A stretch of 64,000 bases of DNA from Lingula anatina. Its lineage: Eukaryota > Animalia > Brachiopoda. The position numbers and the translations under genes were made by a program. Positions within the stretch are counted from its first letter, which is position 1. Every line of letters starts with the position of its first letter. The notes beneath the pieces are model-generated. The model was not told the DNA's origin and ran no database searches. It worked only from the letters and a program-made list of their open reading frames with translations. The stretch is taken from assembly GCA_051362555.1 (NCBI GenBank), contig CM120641.1:46196401-46260400 (forward strand), in the 5' to 3' direction. Positions 22,398 to 36,418 of the stretch are shown here, piece after piece.

Positions 22398-25300
22398 AAT
22401 GAGGCTGACTATGTATAGTGTCTACTCAGTGAGACTACCAAGGGCGACACGCTCATACAGAAAGAAACGCTGTGTGAACCCGCCCCGTTCGCCCGCCATG
22501 ACGTCCCCACAATCCAAGAGTGGAGTGTGCCTCTGATGGTCGTCATGAACACGACGTCACTCAATATATGGTCATTGCTTCTGTAACGTGCATCATTTAA
22601 GTTTTGTAAATTGGCGATCTGTTCACACCAAATACCCGAATCAGACAGACAGACCACGGACCAACTGTTCTTTTCCTACCGACAACATGCTCATTTTCTA
22701 AGTGAAAAACAGTTTATATAGTATAGCTGGGTATTTAGAATGTTAGGTGTGCAATAACAGTGACGTATATGTTACGATTAAATATTAGTCTGTAGGTATT
22801 ACTAATAGCCACGTTGTAATGGATTACGTTAGTATATTCTTAACTACGTTTAATTTTCGTTAATATTGTTAGCAAGCCATTTTGTTTCCAAGTTCACTGT
22901 TCTTTATTTTATGCGAGGATACTTCTCTGTGAAGGTAGATGTAGATGCCTGGTTTCTACGTAGGTCATATTTATAACAACATGTACTAGAATGTGATCTT
23001 TTCTTGCCATTCCCGAGCTAAGACCATTTCGCGTCCTTGAAAGGGTATCTTGTCATTCTTCACACCTTGGTTTATTATTTTAAAAGTAGTGTGATATTTT
23101 GAAATGACTTAAAGATACAACCTTGCTACGCATATTTAACAAACTATCTCTCGTTCTGTGTATGAAGACGTAAAAATATCTCGCTCCGTAATAGCAGCAT
23201 ATCATTTTACTTTATTTCTATCCAACACTGGTGTATTTAACCTTATAAGCCAAGTGAGATTAAGTATTATCCACCTAGAACAAATACATTGTGAACGACA
23301 AGTCTCTTGAAATTGACCCGGAGAAAATGCAGTGTGATTAGAAAAATACAAATATATAAAATGTCAGAATTATTGAAAAACAGGAGAAAAAAGATATGGT
23401 ATTTAAAGGGTTACTCTGAGCGTGGTCCCTGTGTGCGCTTTCAAAAACATTTAATAAACTTTTTTGCAATTAAAATTATGATAAGCGTATTACCCGTGGT
23501 GTTTATTATTGTAAGATATGATTTTCTTACGCGACTCGTCTTATGTTGCCTGATAAATTATCCTATTGTGAAATTCTTTAAAGGCAGTAGGCAGTGTCAA
23601 GTTCAATGCGCTAAACATTATACGTGTTGTTCTGTGAAAGGCCAATTATAAGCTGGTATAAGCTTTCCTCCAAAAACTCAAATGTATATGCGTATGTAGT
23701 GTTACTGGGTTCATCGCATCCAAAAGCATTGCACCCATTTTTCCAATAGGCCTACACCTGTGTACTTAGAGTATAAAAAGTATTAACTACTCCCATTTGT
23801 CAAGAATGGAATACTCCATAAGTGTGGAAGATTTTCAATCAAGAAATGGTACTGATTGACTTTGAAATACTTAGGCTTGTTATCGCATCTACTTTAAAAA
23901 TCCAAAGACTTATGGGTAACGAAATTATGGAAGCGAGTTTTTAAAATACCTTCATTTATTTCGTGCCTAACTTCAGGACATGACTGCATCATCAGACAAT
24001 GCCATTATAAAGTGAAAAAATATGCTGTTCTTATTTTCGGGTCTAAATATATAGTAAGACCTTGAGTTCACCGTCAGACTTGGCCTAAAGAAAATACACT
24101 CATCTTCATTGTAAACACAACCCTGGCATAACTGGTTTTTTCTTCATGTTATTTCTGCCAAATGGTATATGCACCCTGAATTTCAAAGCGCGTTCTTTAA
24201 CGTTTAAATTACTATGCAAATGAACTGGCACGCGTATTTCTTAGCTATAGAACACAGGTCGATCACCAGCTGCACCATTTCAACACTAGACAAGTCTAAA
24301 TTTTGATGATGACCGGTCAACTTACGGGAAACTCATTTCCAATCACAACACTACTGAAGTAAGAAAGATGACCTGCTTTAACTACCAGTCAATTTCATCA
24401 TTGTTCCTTATGAAAAAAGAGGCTGGAGCATCAATATTTTTATAGCGGGCGTTCAATTAAGATATGTGATGGGTAAAATACCGGGGCCAAAAAAAAAAAA
24501 AAAAAGAACCAAAAAGAGGTGACCTATCTTTTTATTTGTATATGAAAACAAGAGAAATAACTACTTAAGATAATTCAGTCAGCAGTCGAAGAAGCAAAGA
24601 AAGATGTTTTCGCAGCTTTGATATTCTGATCCAGATTACCTGTGCTCTACTTCAAGCTTTACTTCAAGCACCCCTATTTTTTCACTAAGCCGAAGTTACG
24701 GCTCACACCGCAGCTGCGCTATGGATTCTCCCAGTCGCTCAGATTTCCTAGTTGTAACCTAAACCCATTTCCTGCAGGTATGTTAACCAAATTTAGGCAG
24801 ATCAGCCATCTGGCGCCCCTGGAGCAAGCTCTGGCTTATATATAGTTCCGCTACACGCGGTATTCGTGTAGACTCGTTGGATCATAGAGAGCTTGATATT
24901 AATAATGATGGCCTATTACGTGTAGTTCCTCGACCACATAAAAATGATTGTGACAGAGGTTTTATCTGTTACATCACTGCACAAAGATTTAAGGGGGTGT
25001 TTAACTTTTTGAAGGCCTGCACCTGTATGTGACGTTGACGTTAAGTGTGTCTTTATGGATGAGGTTATAGGAGTTACGAAGTAGAGAGTAGAACAATAAT
25101 ATATTACACCTTGTGAAGAGCACACCTGGTGGGCACAGCGGGCCAGTCACGGACAGGTCAAATTAATTGACTGAGGCGTTGGGACCGGGAAGGGGGGGGG
25201 GGGTGCGTGCACAAAAGGCTGTGTTATTTAAAAGCTTGATGCAAATGATATCTCAGTGGGAGCTGTATATAATGAATAATTTACCTGCCAGGGTTCATAG

Positions 25301-25611
25301 GTCTGCTAATGATTATTGGTATCTTATAAACAAACAAAAAAAAATTGAAAAACTGCTAAATTGATCAATGGTACATTTAATCCATTTCTTGGAATAAGTA
25401 GGCTAACTGACTTATAAATCAAAACAATAATATATCTGTCGTAAGCAAAGTCCAGTGGCGAAAAGGAAATGTTGATGCACGGTTCAGTTTTCATTTCCCC
25501 CCTCACCCCCGTGGATACCAGTAAATCTTTTTATATTGGCTTAGATAAAAATGTAGTACTTAATGTAAGTAAAGACATAATTATAAACATACTGATCATA
25601 TTTTATTTCGA

Positions 25612-25643
<32 letters not shown>

Positions 25644-25719
25644 AAAATGAGACAAAAAGGAATGTTTATTTTGAAAAACTTTATAAGGATTCAGATGAAT
25701 AAAAACAAGGCCCTTTTAG

Positions 25720-25929
25720 GACTCATTTGCAAAGCCGACCCCCTTGGCGTGTGGTTCGGGGCCCGCTGAAGGGCTCTGAAAATTTTTGGTATTTTAGAAC
25801 GGTGCCATTTGGTACAGTGCACTATGATTCAGCTAGTCAAAATTCTAATATCAAGAGGGGACCATTCGTGTGATTTTTATTCAGAGATCGAAGGGCAGTC
25901 AGCCCCCCCCCCTCCTAAATCCGCCACTG
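25720..25929 (+). mobile_element. MITE-like repeat family A, copy 4 (opposite orientation to copies 1-3)
   Basis: CCCCTTGGCGTG..GAACGGTGCCATTTGGTAC..TCAGCTAGTCAAAATTCTAAT..AAATCCGCCACTG. Confidence 0.75.
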
Positions 25930-27993
25930 GATTGGTAGTTCAATTTCTAATTTCCCGTTTTTCTGAGCCATTGCCTTTCATCTATCTACAAACTGCCATG
26001 TTAGAGTCAGAATACAATGAGGTGCTGTAGTGGTGTGTCTCAACTGTAGCAGCCGATCCTAGCCTAGTCACTTCCCAGTCTCTGATAATCGGATTAATAG
26101 GTGAGTTGAGACAATAGCAAATGCTTTTAGTCAGCTGCGCCGCTCTGCAGCAAAGGTGAGAATAATATGTACCAATTAAAACGTTGTTGAGCAAGTTAGA
26201 TTTTTACAATTTGCGATAGAATTTCTCCTTCCCCACTGATACAATGACCCAAATAACCATCTGTTAGTTTAAAATGCCCAGAAATCTTATGAATGAAAAC
26301 GTAAATGAAGCAAGTATATTTTATTTACTTTTAACCATACATCGTATACAAGTGATACAGCACAGAACAAAAGCAACAGGAAATAAAGATAGGTACATGT
26401 ATTTAAATGTGCACCTTTTTTTCATTCACGCAAGTTTTATGTAGAATAATTTAATACATTTAATGTAAATGTGATAATGTGATAAATGATTAACAAAGTT
26501 ATATGTACATACATTTATCTTCTGGCAAAATATATGTAGGCACCATTTACCTAAGTTATTAAACACCAATAAAAAATCAATTAGTTCAATAAACAGCTGA
26601 TATATGTGCCTTATTTTCAACACTTAAACATTACTCTAAAATCAAATGCAAACACTAAATCAACAGAAACTGTAGAATTGGTCTCAAATTTTTGACCCAA
26701 ATCTTAATATAAGAAACAGGGTTACAAACTAAAACAATGCCATATCCAGCAGACCCCTTATAAGTTTTCCTACAGAAATGTGCCAAATACTTAACTTTCA
26801 CTTTCTTTTTATTCAAAAGCAATTATTAAAAATGAAGAATTTTCTAAATTATGCAAGTATATAATTCTAAATAAAACTTATGAAATATAGACCAGCTACA
26901 TTTACATTGTATTATAATTAAATTAATGATAATGACACAATTTCTTGTTAACATACAGGCAAAAATATTTGCTTACAGAAAACTAGCTGTGTAGAAAAAA
27001 ACGTATAGTGAACCTTCTTGGATATAAATCTTCACTGGGAATCCAACGAGGTCAATTTTACCGTAATGTTGAATCCAGGAATTTAAAAAATGCTTGATTG
27101 TCCAGTTTTACTTTTTATTATTTTATTTTAAATTTTTTTTTTTTTTTTTTTTTGGGGGGGGGGGGTATTTCACTAATTCTGGGGTGGGTATATGCCTGCT
27201 GTACCCTTCCCTGTGTCTGACCTTGAATCTTATGCATTTTTCGCTGACACTTCATTTAATCCAAATCTACTACAATACCATATTAATATCTATTTTTTAT
27301 TTACAAGTGATCTGCAACTTCAAATCTGAAAATGACAGCTTATAAACTTTGAACTTGAAAAATATGATGTGACTTATTGGTGTTAAATACTTCACTGAAA
27401 TGAATTTTGACTGAATTTCTTTAAAACCCAAAATTATCCTCTAAATTTTCATTTGCCCAAAATTTTAACCAACACCCATTTTTCAGATCAATTTCTGAAG
27501 TTTCTTGGGAACAAACATGACACTGTCATCACACATTCATGAGCCTTCAGCCGTTAACTCATATATTAATATTTTGAACATGGAATCCAGAGTGAAAAAG
27601 AAAAGTCGGGTATAATAAATAAAACTTATGATTATCAATCACAAATAATGCTTCAATGCAAAATATATCACCCCTATGCCTTAAATAATGAAGGTGCCCT
27701 TTCTTCAAAAGCAAAATTTCTTATTGAACACATGCCTCCTGCAACTGCCATGCAGTTATATAAGTCATTTCAATAATTCTTTGCAATCAGAGAGTGAATG
27801 TTCATTCAATTCACTTACAATGACATACATTGTATTAACCTGTAAGCACCTGTCATCAGTATTTAGTAAATTTTATATAAAGAAACCTGCACAACAGTCA
27901 ACCTTGCTCTCCGAAGCCATCTCTCTTTGGTGGCAACCTAACCAAAGCTTTACAAACACATGTAATGAAACTGTGCCTAAAAATCTGAATCCA

Positions 27994-30418
27994 CTATACT
28001 TTAGTGTCTTGTGTAATAACTTCTGGACTTTTCATTAAGAGATCAAAAAATTGTTTTTTTGATAATGAAGAAACGGGAGTGTTTTGTTGTGAATGAAAGC
28101 CACTCTCTCTGTCTGTGCTCTTTCTACGAAGGATGACCTCTTCTGAACACAGTTGCTCACAGTCTACATTTGGACTTCCAGAAACAGAGCTTATACCACT
28201 CTCCCTGCCTGGACCCTTTCTATGAAATGATTGCGAGTGATTGTGATTCAAATCATCTTGCTCTAAGAGTTCTGAGTCACTTTCTGCAATAAAATCTTCA
28301 CTAGTACTCATATGGAATGCTGTATTGTCTGACCCTTGACTGTCATTTTCAATCGGTGTCCCACCGCACTTGCGCTTTTTGCTGACTTTGCCTAATTTTC
28401 TGAAAGAACTTCTCTTTTCATCAGCTGTTTTGCTCTCCTTCAGATCTTCCTTGTCCATATTTTCTTTGGAAACATCTCCATTCCCCAGCTCAGACTTGGG
28501 AACCAACTCTTCTTGATCATTGTCTGCTTCAGAATGACTGCTTTCTGGCACAATGCTCAGTTTTCGTTGAGGGTCCAGCTTACTATCAACACTGCAACCT
28601 GAACTAGAGCTATGATTAGAGCTCCCAGAGCCTCTAGTTTTCAAAATCCCATTCATAGCTTTCTTGATTCCTTTTGGGGATGCCTTAGGGGTATTTTGGG
28701 GTGTGCTTTTTGGAGTGCTTGTTGGAGAATTCTTAATGGAGCTACGAGGACCTCCAGTGCCATCTGTAGTGAACTGTGTGAGAATTGAACCATCAGAGGG
28801 ATGATGATGTACATTATGGATAGCACCCAAGCTGTTCCTTGTCTGCGACATTGACATATGATTACTGTTATAGGATGCCTTCATGCGAGATGCTCTTTTT
28901 GTACAGAGGCCATAATAGCTCAAGGTGATAAGAAAGTCTTTTCGAAACTGCTTGGTAAATATGGCATACAAAAATGGATTTGCACAAGAATTCAGTGGAT
29001 AAAAGAACACAAGTAATATTTTGGAGTTGGTAATGTCTATGAGAGGTGTTCCCCCAACTGCTGTAAATGCAAAGAAGGCAATGGGAGCCCAACAAGCAAA
29101 ATCTGTGAACACCAAAATTGCCATCTTTTTGGCTATGGTCGCATCACTGCTTCTTGCTGTGGAGTCACTGCCACTCACTTTACAATACATACTTATGTAG
29201 CAAACACAAATTATGATGAAGGCCAAACCATTGAAGCCCACAGCAAATACCAAGTACCCAAGATCTTCAGGTGCCTCCACTCCAAATGGAAGGCATATAC
29301 TGGTGGTTCCATAGTCACTGACTCCAATTACTGGGAGCATGGCCATGATTATAGCGAAAATCCATCCCAGGAACATGATCAATGCTGCTTGTTTTAGGCG
29401 AAGACGTTTGGTGAGATGTATGGCATGGCTAATGGCATACCACCTCTCCAAAGTTATCACCGAGAGCGTGTAGACGGAAAGCTCACTGGCGAATACTGTG
29501 ATGAATCCTGCTGCCTGGCATCCACCTTCATATTGCCACTCTATGGCAAAATTAAAGTACTTCCCCAGAGTGTGGGCATCAAAAGAAGCCAGCAGGAGCA
29601 GATAGAGTCCCATCATAAGGTCAGCGAAGGCTAGGTTACACATGAGAAACTTGGAGACAGACATCTTTTGCCAGCTATGAAGGAGGACAATAATAACAAG
29701 GAGGTTGCCTAGTAATGCAGCTAGCAGAACAAACCACACCATGACCCGCAGCCATGTGTAGCCCATTACATCTTCACAGGGATTGAAAGCATCTGGCTGA
29801 GGAGTACACTCGATGTCATGATAAGGACGCCCACGGTTCAGAACCCCATCTCCACACTTTACCAAAATGGTGTGGTTCCTGGGAATGGTGACTCCTGGGA
29901 GAAAGATAGGCTGTGATGGGGTCACAAGATTATTCTCAGGAGTGTCTGGGTTTTCTTTATGAGCTCCCCAAGGGTTTGAAGTTGTCCTTCCATGTGGTGC
30001 ATCTGTGCTTGTTCTGAATTCCCCAAAACCTCGCCTGAATAAATGGTGAAGGAACTTGTTACCAGGAAATGTTTCTATAAAAGCCTGGAATGAATCCCAT
30101 TCCTGGGCATGGCGCTTGTACCTGTAATCTGCTTCCATTGATGCCTTTGTTGTCTGCAAAGTTGTACCAGATCCAGGGCATTCTTCCCTAATTTTCTGTT
30201 GTTCTTTTTGAAATTCTTCAAACAATTTCGGGTGTTGAAGATCTGGTTTTTGAAAAGCACAACAATGGTGAGCGTAAGTGAGATGGGCTTTCTCCATCTT
30301 GTGAAAGTTAAATGTTGGAGGGAATTTGCGCAAAGTGCGGGTATCTTGTAGAAGCAGCTCCCTCAACTCTTGAAGGCCTTCAAATGGTAGGCTGGTTATA
30401 TGTGTGCTTGATAGGTCA
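27994..30418 (-). CDS. Glycoprotein hormone receptor-like GPCR (type A LGR; FSHR/LHCGR/TSHR, invertebrate LGR1 family), exon 9: last LRRs, hinge, 7TM, C-tail. Whole protein about 1034 aa
   Basis: LTYAHHCCAF and FNPCEDVMGY hinge motifs, KFLMCNLAFADL, ELSVYTLSVITLERW, SICLP, IAKKMAILVFTDFACWAP, LNSCANPFLYAIFT. Acceptor AG at 30420-30419, phase 2. Confidence 0.97.
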
Positions 30419-30907
30419 CTGATTTGAAAGAGAAATATATCGGTTAAATTTTTTAAAATATTCAAATACAGAAAAAAACAGAATTATTCTACTTCTTTTA
30501 AAAGTTCTAAAATAAAATATGCTTAGTTATTATAAAAAGAAACCTTTATAGTCAGTGTGTATGTTTTCCTTGTGCTTAAAGACTAGTACTAAACATTTAA
30601 AGACTTGTACATTTTGCACCAGTATGACCAGAGTACTCCTGCACCACAGAAAAATTTTGCCAGCTAGGCAATCTCACCAGTTAGTGGCTTGTATCTAACC
30701 TGTGGCTAAATACATTGAGAAACTTAATGTATTTCTCCTATATATTTATGCGTGCAAGACTTTATTCTTGGGGCAGTAACAAATTGTGATTGTTCTGATG
30801 GAATCTAGATTTAAGATTTTTTTTCGGAACATGTTGCCAGAGTTCTCCAGAGACGATGTTGCCTGACTACTCACACACGGATAAGGTAAGTGTTGACACT
30901 ATGTGTG

Positions 30908-31504
30908 GCAGTTCCTGTCATGCCATATATATATTATTATCACTTTCACTTCCCTAAGGTGATATATAATGCCCATGTAGATTTTTCAATGGGGTGCAAA
31001 AATTACCAAAATTCAGGTGAAAATTTGTAAGTGTGAATTTTTTGTCTCCTTGTCTCCTGGTTTTCTTTGAGGGCATAACTCATTTTCCTTCCTGAATAAG
31101 GATGAGCCATAGGTGTGAATTTTAGCACAATTATGAGGGTTCAAATTTTGAGGGTGAATTATATTGTTTCCTGCTTTTCAGCAGAACCGCCTGCCATTTT
31201 TCCTATTTTCAGCTGCAGTTCCTGTCATGCCATATATATATTATCACTTTCACTTCCCTAAGGATATATGATACCCATGTAGATTTTTCAATGGGGTGCA
31301 AAAATTACCAAAATTCATGTGCAAATTCATAAGTGTGAATTTTTTGGTCTCCTTGTCTCCTGGTTTTCTTTGAAAGTATAACTCATTTTCCTTCCTGAAT
31401 AAGGATGAGCATAGGTGTGAATATTAGCACAATTATGATAGTTCAAATTTTGCGTTTCCTGCTTTTCAGCGAACCCACTGCTATTTTTCCTTTTTTCAGC
31501 TGCA
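30908..31504. repeat. About 300-bp direct tandem duplication in LGR intron 8 (30908-31214 and 31215-31504)
   Basis: Both units start GCAGTTCCTGTCATGCCATATATA and end TTTTCAGCT, with high similarity and a small deletion in unit 2. Confidence 0.9.
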
Positions 31505-31562
31505 CCTAGACCTGGATTAGCCGTAAGCTCTGCTTTGTGGACATGGCATAGTCTTTACTTAC

Positions 31563-31637
31563 ATATACTTGAGTCCTTCTATCCCTTTGAATGCATTTGG
31601 CCTGATGTCAGTTAATTTGGCATTATTCTTCAATACA
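31563..31637 (-). CDS. LGR exon 8 (LRR, 75 nt)
   Basis: VLKNNAKLTDIRPNAFKGIEGLKY. cag acceptor, gtaagt donor, phase 2/2. Confidence 0.92.
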
Positions 31638-32041
31638 CTGAAAATTGACATCATCAAAATATTAACATACTTTTTCTTATCTTATCAACTTCATCTCAAG
31701 GGCTGAAAAAAATGGATTTCAAGTCTCATAAGAAACAGAAACTATGGGTAAAAATTCAATGGATGTAAAGTTAATCAGACTTGTTTAATCCATTTCTATC
31801 AATCAGCTTTTTTATATTATGAAGTTAGTACCTTTACTCAATAATAATAATTTTACTTTAAACAAAAGACCTGTAGTGTGCATAACAATTACCAATGACT
31901 TCTTTTTGAGGGAGAAGCCTTAAGGTTTTATGCATGAATGACACAAGAATTACAATGTACTCTGTTTACCCAATGAATCTTTAAAAACTGTTTTCAATAA
32001 TGTATCCAATGTTTCAATAATGTAACAATTAATTAACTTAC

Positions 32042-32110
32042 ATTTTCTGAATTATAGCTCCAGTGAATGCAAAGTCTTCAATGCGGTGTAGTCCTGTGTT
32101 TATAAGTCGT
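32042..32110 (-). CDS. LGR exon 7 (LRR, 69 nt)
   Basis: RLINTGLHRIEDFAFTGAIIQK. tag acceptor, gtaagt donor, phase 2/2. Confidence 0.92.
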
Positions 32111-34064
32111 CTAAAACATAAAAAATTATGAAATCTCAACTTTGGTATGGACCCTGATTCATTGTCATTTTTTTTCAACATTTAAATGCTGATAGCAAGA
32201 AAAAAAAACTGAAACAGACATTTTTCAGCTGCATTGAGATCAAAACAATTTCAAAACCACATAAGATCAGCAGTCCTAAGCACTCAATTAATAAACGAGA
32301 CCCCACTTTACCTCAGACAATAATATCACTCATTAATCAACCAAGTAACCTGATGACACCAGCTGGCTTGAATAACACTACAAAATGGTCTCTGTCTGAA
32401 TTCACTTTGAGATATTAAACCCTTGGCCAGCAAAGAAAGGAAAAGTGTGTAAAACAATGGTGGTAATTAACGCATATTATACTTCAGCTACTTCAGTGGA
32501 GAGCAGCTGCGATAGTATTCAAGTGGGCTGTGGCCTATCTGTAAATATAACAGTACCCACTTAAGAGACTGGAGTGAAATGTGTAAAGTGCGGCAAAATG
32601 GGTGATTTAATGGAATAATGGCTCCGGGCAACCTGAGTGGAAAAAGCTATTATATTTGTACATTGATTGCAACCCTTTGTACACTGTTAGTATATGTCAG
32701 ATTGGATTTTTTTGCTCCTAGTCTGGCAGCTTCCCACTCACGTTCATGCATGTCTTCACAAACTCATGTTCCATCTTGGAACTTTGTGGGCCCTGCCAAG
32801 AATGAGGCTATCAAGTTATATAAAAAACTCCCGTTGCATGGCCAAAATCTCTTTGTGTTTTGGCTGTAAATGCATAATTCGAATCAAACAAGAAAATGCA
32901 AACCATGGATTACTGTAGAATAAATTTCACGAAGCACTGCACTGCTGTGTATATGCCTGACCTTTAGGTGAAAAAACACATTCTCTTGTGAACTGTAAAA
33001 GCAGTCTGTCATAAATGATTGACTTTATCTTTTACAGGAGTATTCGAGGCAAACAATATCAAATTAGAATCTATTATCTCATGCATATATGCTAACTGAA
33101 TGGGTCAGACAAAAGGTTACAGCTGTTCCATGCTCAGTATACAAAGAACATAGTTGCAGTGGCTGTAATATTTATAACAATCCTAAATTTATCGAAACAC
33201 TGAAGAGAAAAATGAGGAAACAATTCAGCAAGCTTGATTACAATCAATGAGACAAGTAGTTTATTGCTTGGATGACATGTTGATCATCCACCAGCTTAAT
33301 TGCAATCATGCATACAATGATATTCTGCATATATGCAATTATGTTTAATTGGATTCAACCCGTTGGTCTGGAACCTTCGCATTCAAAATCAAATTGGAAA
33401 TCAAAATATAAGTAGTGAGAAAATATATGAATACACACAAGGCAGTCAAGACTTGTTCCCATTCTGTTCTGATTCACACATCCATGCTAAAGCAATACAT
33501 AAGCAGATCACATATCCACCTGTTTTTTTTTTTTTTTTAATAATTTAACACCCCAATAGCAATTACAAATAAGCCAAAGGATGCTTGCTTGTTGCATGGA
33601 CTATGAATAAAAAGCAACATTCATACGTGGGCTGTCCTCTGTAGGATGTGTACAGTGTGTATTGAATATCAAGTAGGCAATATCTATATGATGCCAAACT
33701 GAATGTGATTATTTTATTTATTTTATTTTTTTTTGTCTTGAACACATTTTAACGTACACAATGATTGATGGAATTTAGAACCGAAATATATGGTAACTGT
33801 TATTGCATTTAATGATGAATTATTCAGGTTAAATTACAGGTATAACTATAATTATTTGTCTATATAGTCACAAAATTCTTAAAGCCAATTAAGGAGGGGA
33901 AAAACTAACATCATAAATCCTCTGAGATAAAAATTGTTTCCGTCTAAAAGTTGAACACCATGAAAAATGAATGAAATAAACCCTTGCCTTCCCAAGTCCC
34001 TGTAGATAATATTAAACAGAGACTGGAGAGAGTGAACTAGAAATGTTATTGCCTTCATACTTAC

Positions 34065-34133
34065 AAATTGGCTGTTACGACTGTATCAAAGCTGCGATTA
34101 CTGATCACTTCAAACGGGTTCTGGGAAAAGTCC
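34065..34133 (-). CDS. LGR exon 6 (LRR, 69 nt)
   Basis: DFSQNPFEVISNRSFDTVVTAN. cag acceptor, gtaagt donor, phase 2/2. Confidence 0.9.
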
Positions 34134-35333
34134 CTGCGGAAAAAATGAGCAAAAATAAGAATGGCAAAGGTGTAAATGCAAGTCCAGGGAACAGGAAACC
34201 TTCCGATACAATTAGATTAAACTTCTGATAGGACACTCCCGAATGATGAGGAAACTGATAACAATCCTCTCCTGACACACCTGGGGAAATGTTATTACGT
34301 GGCCAAAAAAGTGACATTTGTAGAGATAAACATTAACTGATACAAATGTTTTTCACAAGAAACAAACACAAACACTAAAGAGTTAAAGCTGAAAATATTA
34401 TCAGGGTTATAATTTGAGGTAACACATCATTGTAGGCATTTACAATCCAAATAAATAAGAAATCCAACAAAGTCACTGAAACAGATGTCCAAAGGTATTG
34501 CAATGTTAAGAACCATTGCATGTTGTGTGATGTATGTTGTGTAGTATTGCCGTCAATCACCACACATAACAAGAGGCATATGATCATAAATATTGTGTGT
34601 ACTTAGTTGAATCCTTAGTGACAGGGGGATCTTGGCAATTAATGTAGACACTTAGTTAGCAAAGAAACAAATCTTCCCTGATACTTTCCAAATTTTCTCA
34701 GTAATTCCGAGGCACAAATTGCTTGAAAAAATAATAATCAAATGATTTTTGTGATACATTTTGGAAAAAGTGCAGCATTTTTTTTTTCAGTCCTGACTTG
34801 ATTATTCTTACTCAATGGTTCACTCTTATCCAAAGGTGAATCTTTTATAGTTTTGGGGATTTAATTACAGGTTGCATCTTGATTAAATGATGGAATGAAA
34901 TATATGCCAATGAAATGGAATTCTATCCCAAAATTCAGAACTTTTTTCACAAACTAGAAAGTAATTTTCTGTCTTTAACCAGAAGTTGACCAAGTGTTAC
35001 ATCTAACACACTTGTCTTAGTCATCTTTGGTACAAAAGTAGGGGATGACCAGATGGCTTAAGTTGGGTCTTCATCCATCAGAGGGCGCCAAGGGAGTTTT
35101 TAATAGTGTACAGGGAATGTGAAACACCATCATGCACTGCTTAAACCATCTGTAGCATCCATATAATATAAACTCCACAATGTGTAATATTTGGATCACA
35201 TGTGTGTGCGCATGCGTGCGTGCGTGCGTGCATGCGTGTGTACCTAAACCTATATACTGAGAACATGTATCCTTATGTAATATCCATATAAACTTCTCCA
35301 TGGTGACAGTGCTTTGCTGTTTTCAAATTAAAG

Positions 35334-35364
<31 letters not shown>

Positions 35365-35400
35365 TTTGTTTCTATAAGGCGCTTCATAATGTCCACTCAC

Positions 35401-35469
35401 AATTCATCCAAAGGATCTGAGGTTCTGTGAACTCTGGGCACTGCCATTAAGCCACAACTGACAATTTCC
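35401..35469 (-). CDS. LGR exon 5 (LRR, 69 nt)
   Basis: EIVSCGLMAVPRVHRTSDPLDE. cag acceptor, gtgagt donor, phase 2/2. Confidence 0.88.
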
Positions 35470-35604
35470 CTGAAAAAGTGAAAAGAAAAGGTGTAAAAGA
35501 TTTTCCTTGAAAACAAAACATTTACATACAAATGTGCTACACGTATGAGATATCAAATATAACTTAATAACCTATCACCACATCACTCCAATTGCTCCTG
35601 TTTA

Positions 35605-36060
35605 TATCGTAGGGGCACTAAAGGTTAATTTTTATTTCTAGATTATGATGGCATGTTTTGGTGGCCAAATGAAATGGCTTAATTAATCTTAACAGCCCCC
35701 ATTGGGCCTACTAGTACAGTGATCTTTTTTAACAAACTATTACATAAAAAGTGGTAATAGGCATCAAATACACCTAAATTAACTTATTACAAAGTGATAA
35801 TCCTAAATAAACTTAGTACAAAATGATAATCCTTGTTTCTTCTCCAGTTTGTGGGGTTAACTTTCATTTCTGGAATCTTTGTTCTTTTTCCCCTTTTAAT
35901 TACAGCAATGAGGGCTAATTTCCATCTCTAGAATATTATGGCATGTTTTGGTGGCTAAATGAGAATGGTTTAATTTTGGCAGCACTCATTTGACTTACAC
36001 TGATCATAAATAACAAAAATATTTCAGTTAACTGAATATCAACAAATCATAGGCATTGAT
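35605..36060. repeat. Old degenerate direct duplication (period about 295 bp) in LGR intron 4
   Basis: TCTAGA..ATGGCATGTTTTGGTGGC[CT]AAATGA..TGG[CT]TTAATT occurs at about 35637 and about 35927. Confidence 0.6.
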
Positions 36061-36157
36061 GAATGGTGTGTTACTTGGTGCATTGGGTAAACCAATCTTT
36101 ATAACGGAACCTAAACCTAAACACATACAAACACAATAAAGCACATGCAAATTTAGG

Positions 36158-36208
<51 letters not shown>

Positions 36209-36418
36209 CATTCTCAACTTGTCATGTGCATTTAACCACAAAGGGATATCCATATATAAAAAATTCCACAGAGCTCAACTTGTGACCATTCCCTGTACAT
36301 TTAGCAGGTGCACGTGAATGGTTTCATCATTAACTTACTGACAAATAAATTACAAGCAATTACCCTATTTTCAGCCAAAAATCAAACTACATGAAAAAAA
36401 GGTATATTTGATACTTGC

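Noticed and set aside
22395-22545. Selenocysteine or readthrough at the PDZ gene TGA with a SECIS-like ATGAC...AA...TGAT in the 3'UTR
   Set aside because: The putative helix between ATGA and TGA does not pair convincingly, and the stop context TGA-AAT is not a readthrough motif.
30419-30465. N-terminus of the 823-aa ORF as the receptor start
   Set aside because: This is intronic sequence upstream of the acceptor at 30420-30419. The true start is in exon 1 at 57112.
34240-34276. C/D-box snoRNA-like ATGATGA...CTGA
   Set aside because: It is too short, antisense to the host LGR intron, and lacks a terminal stem.
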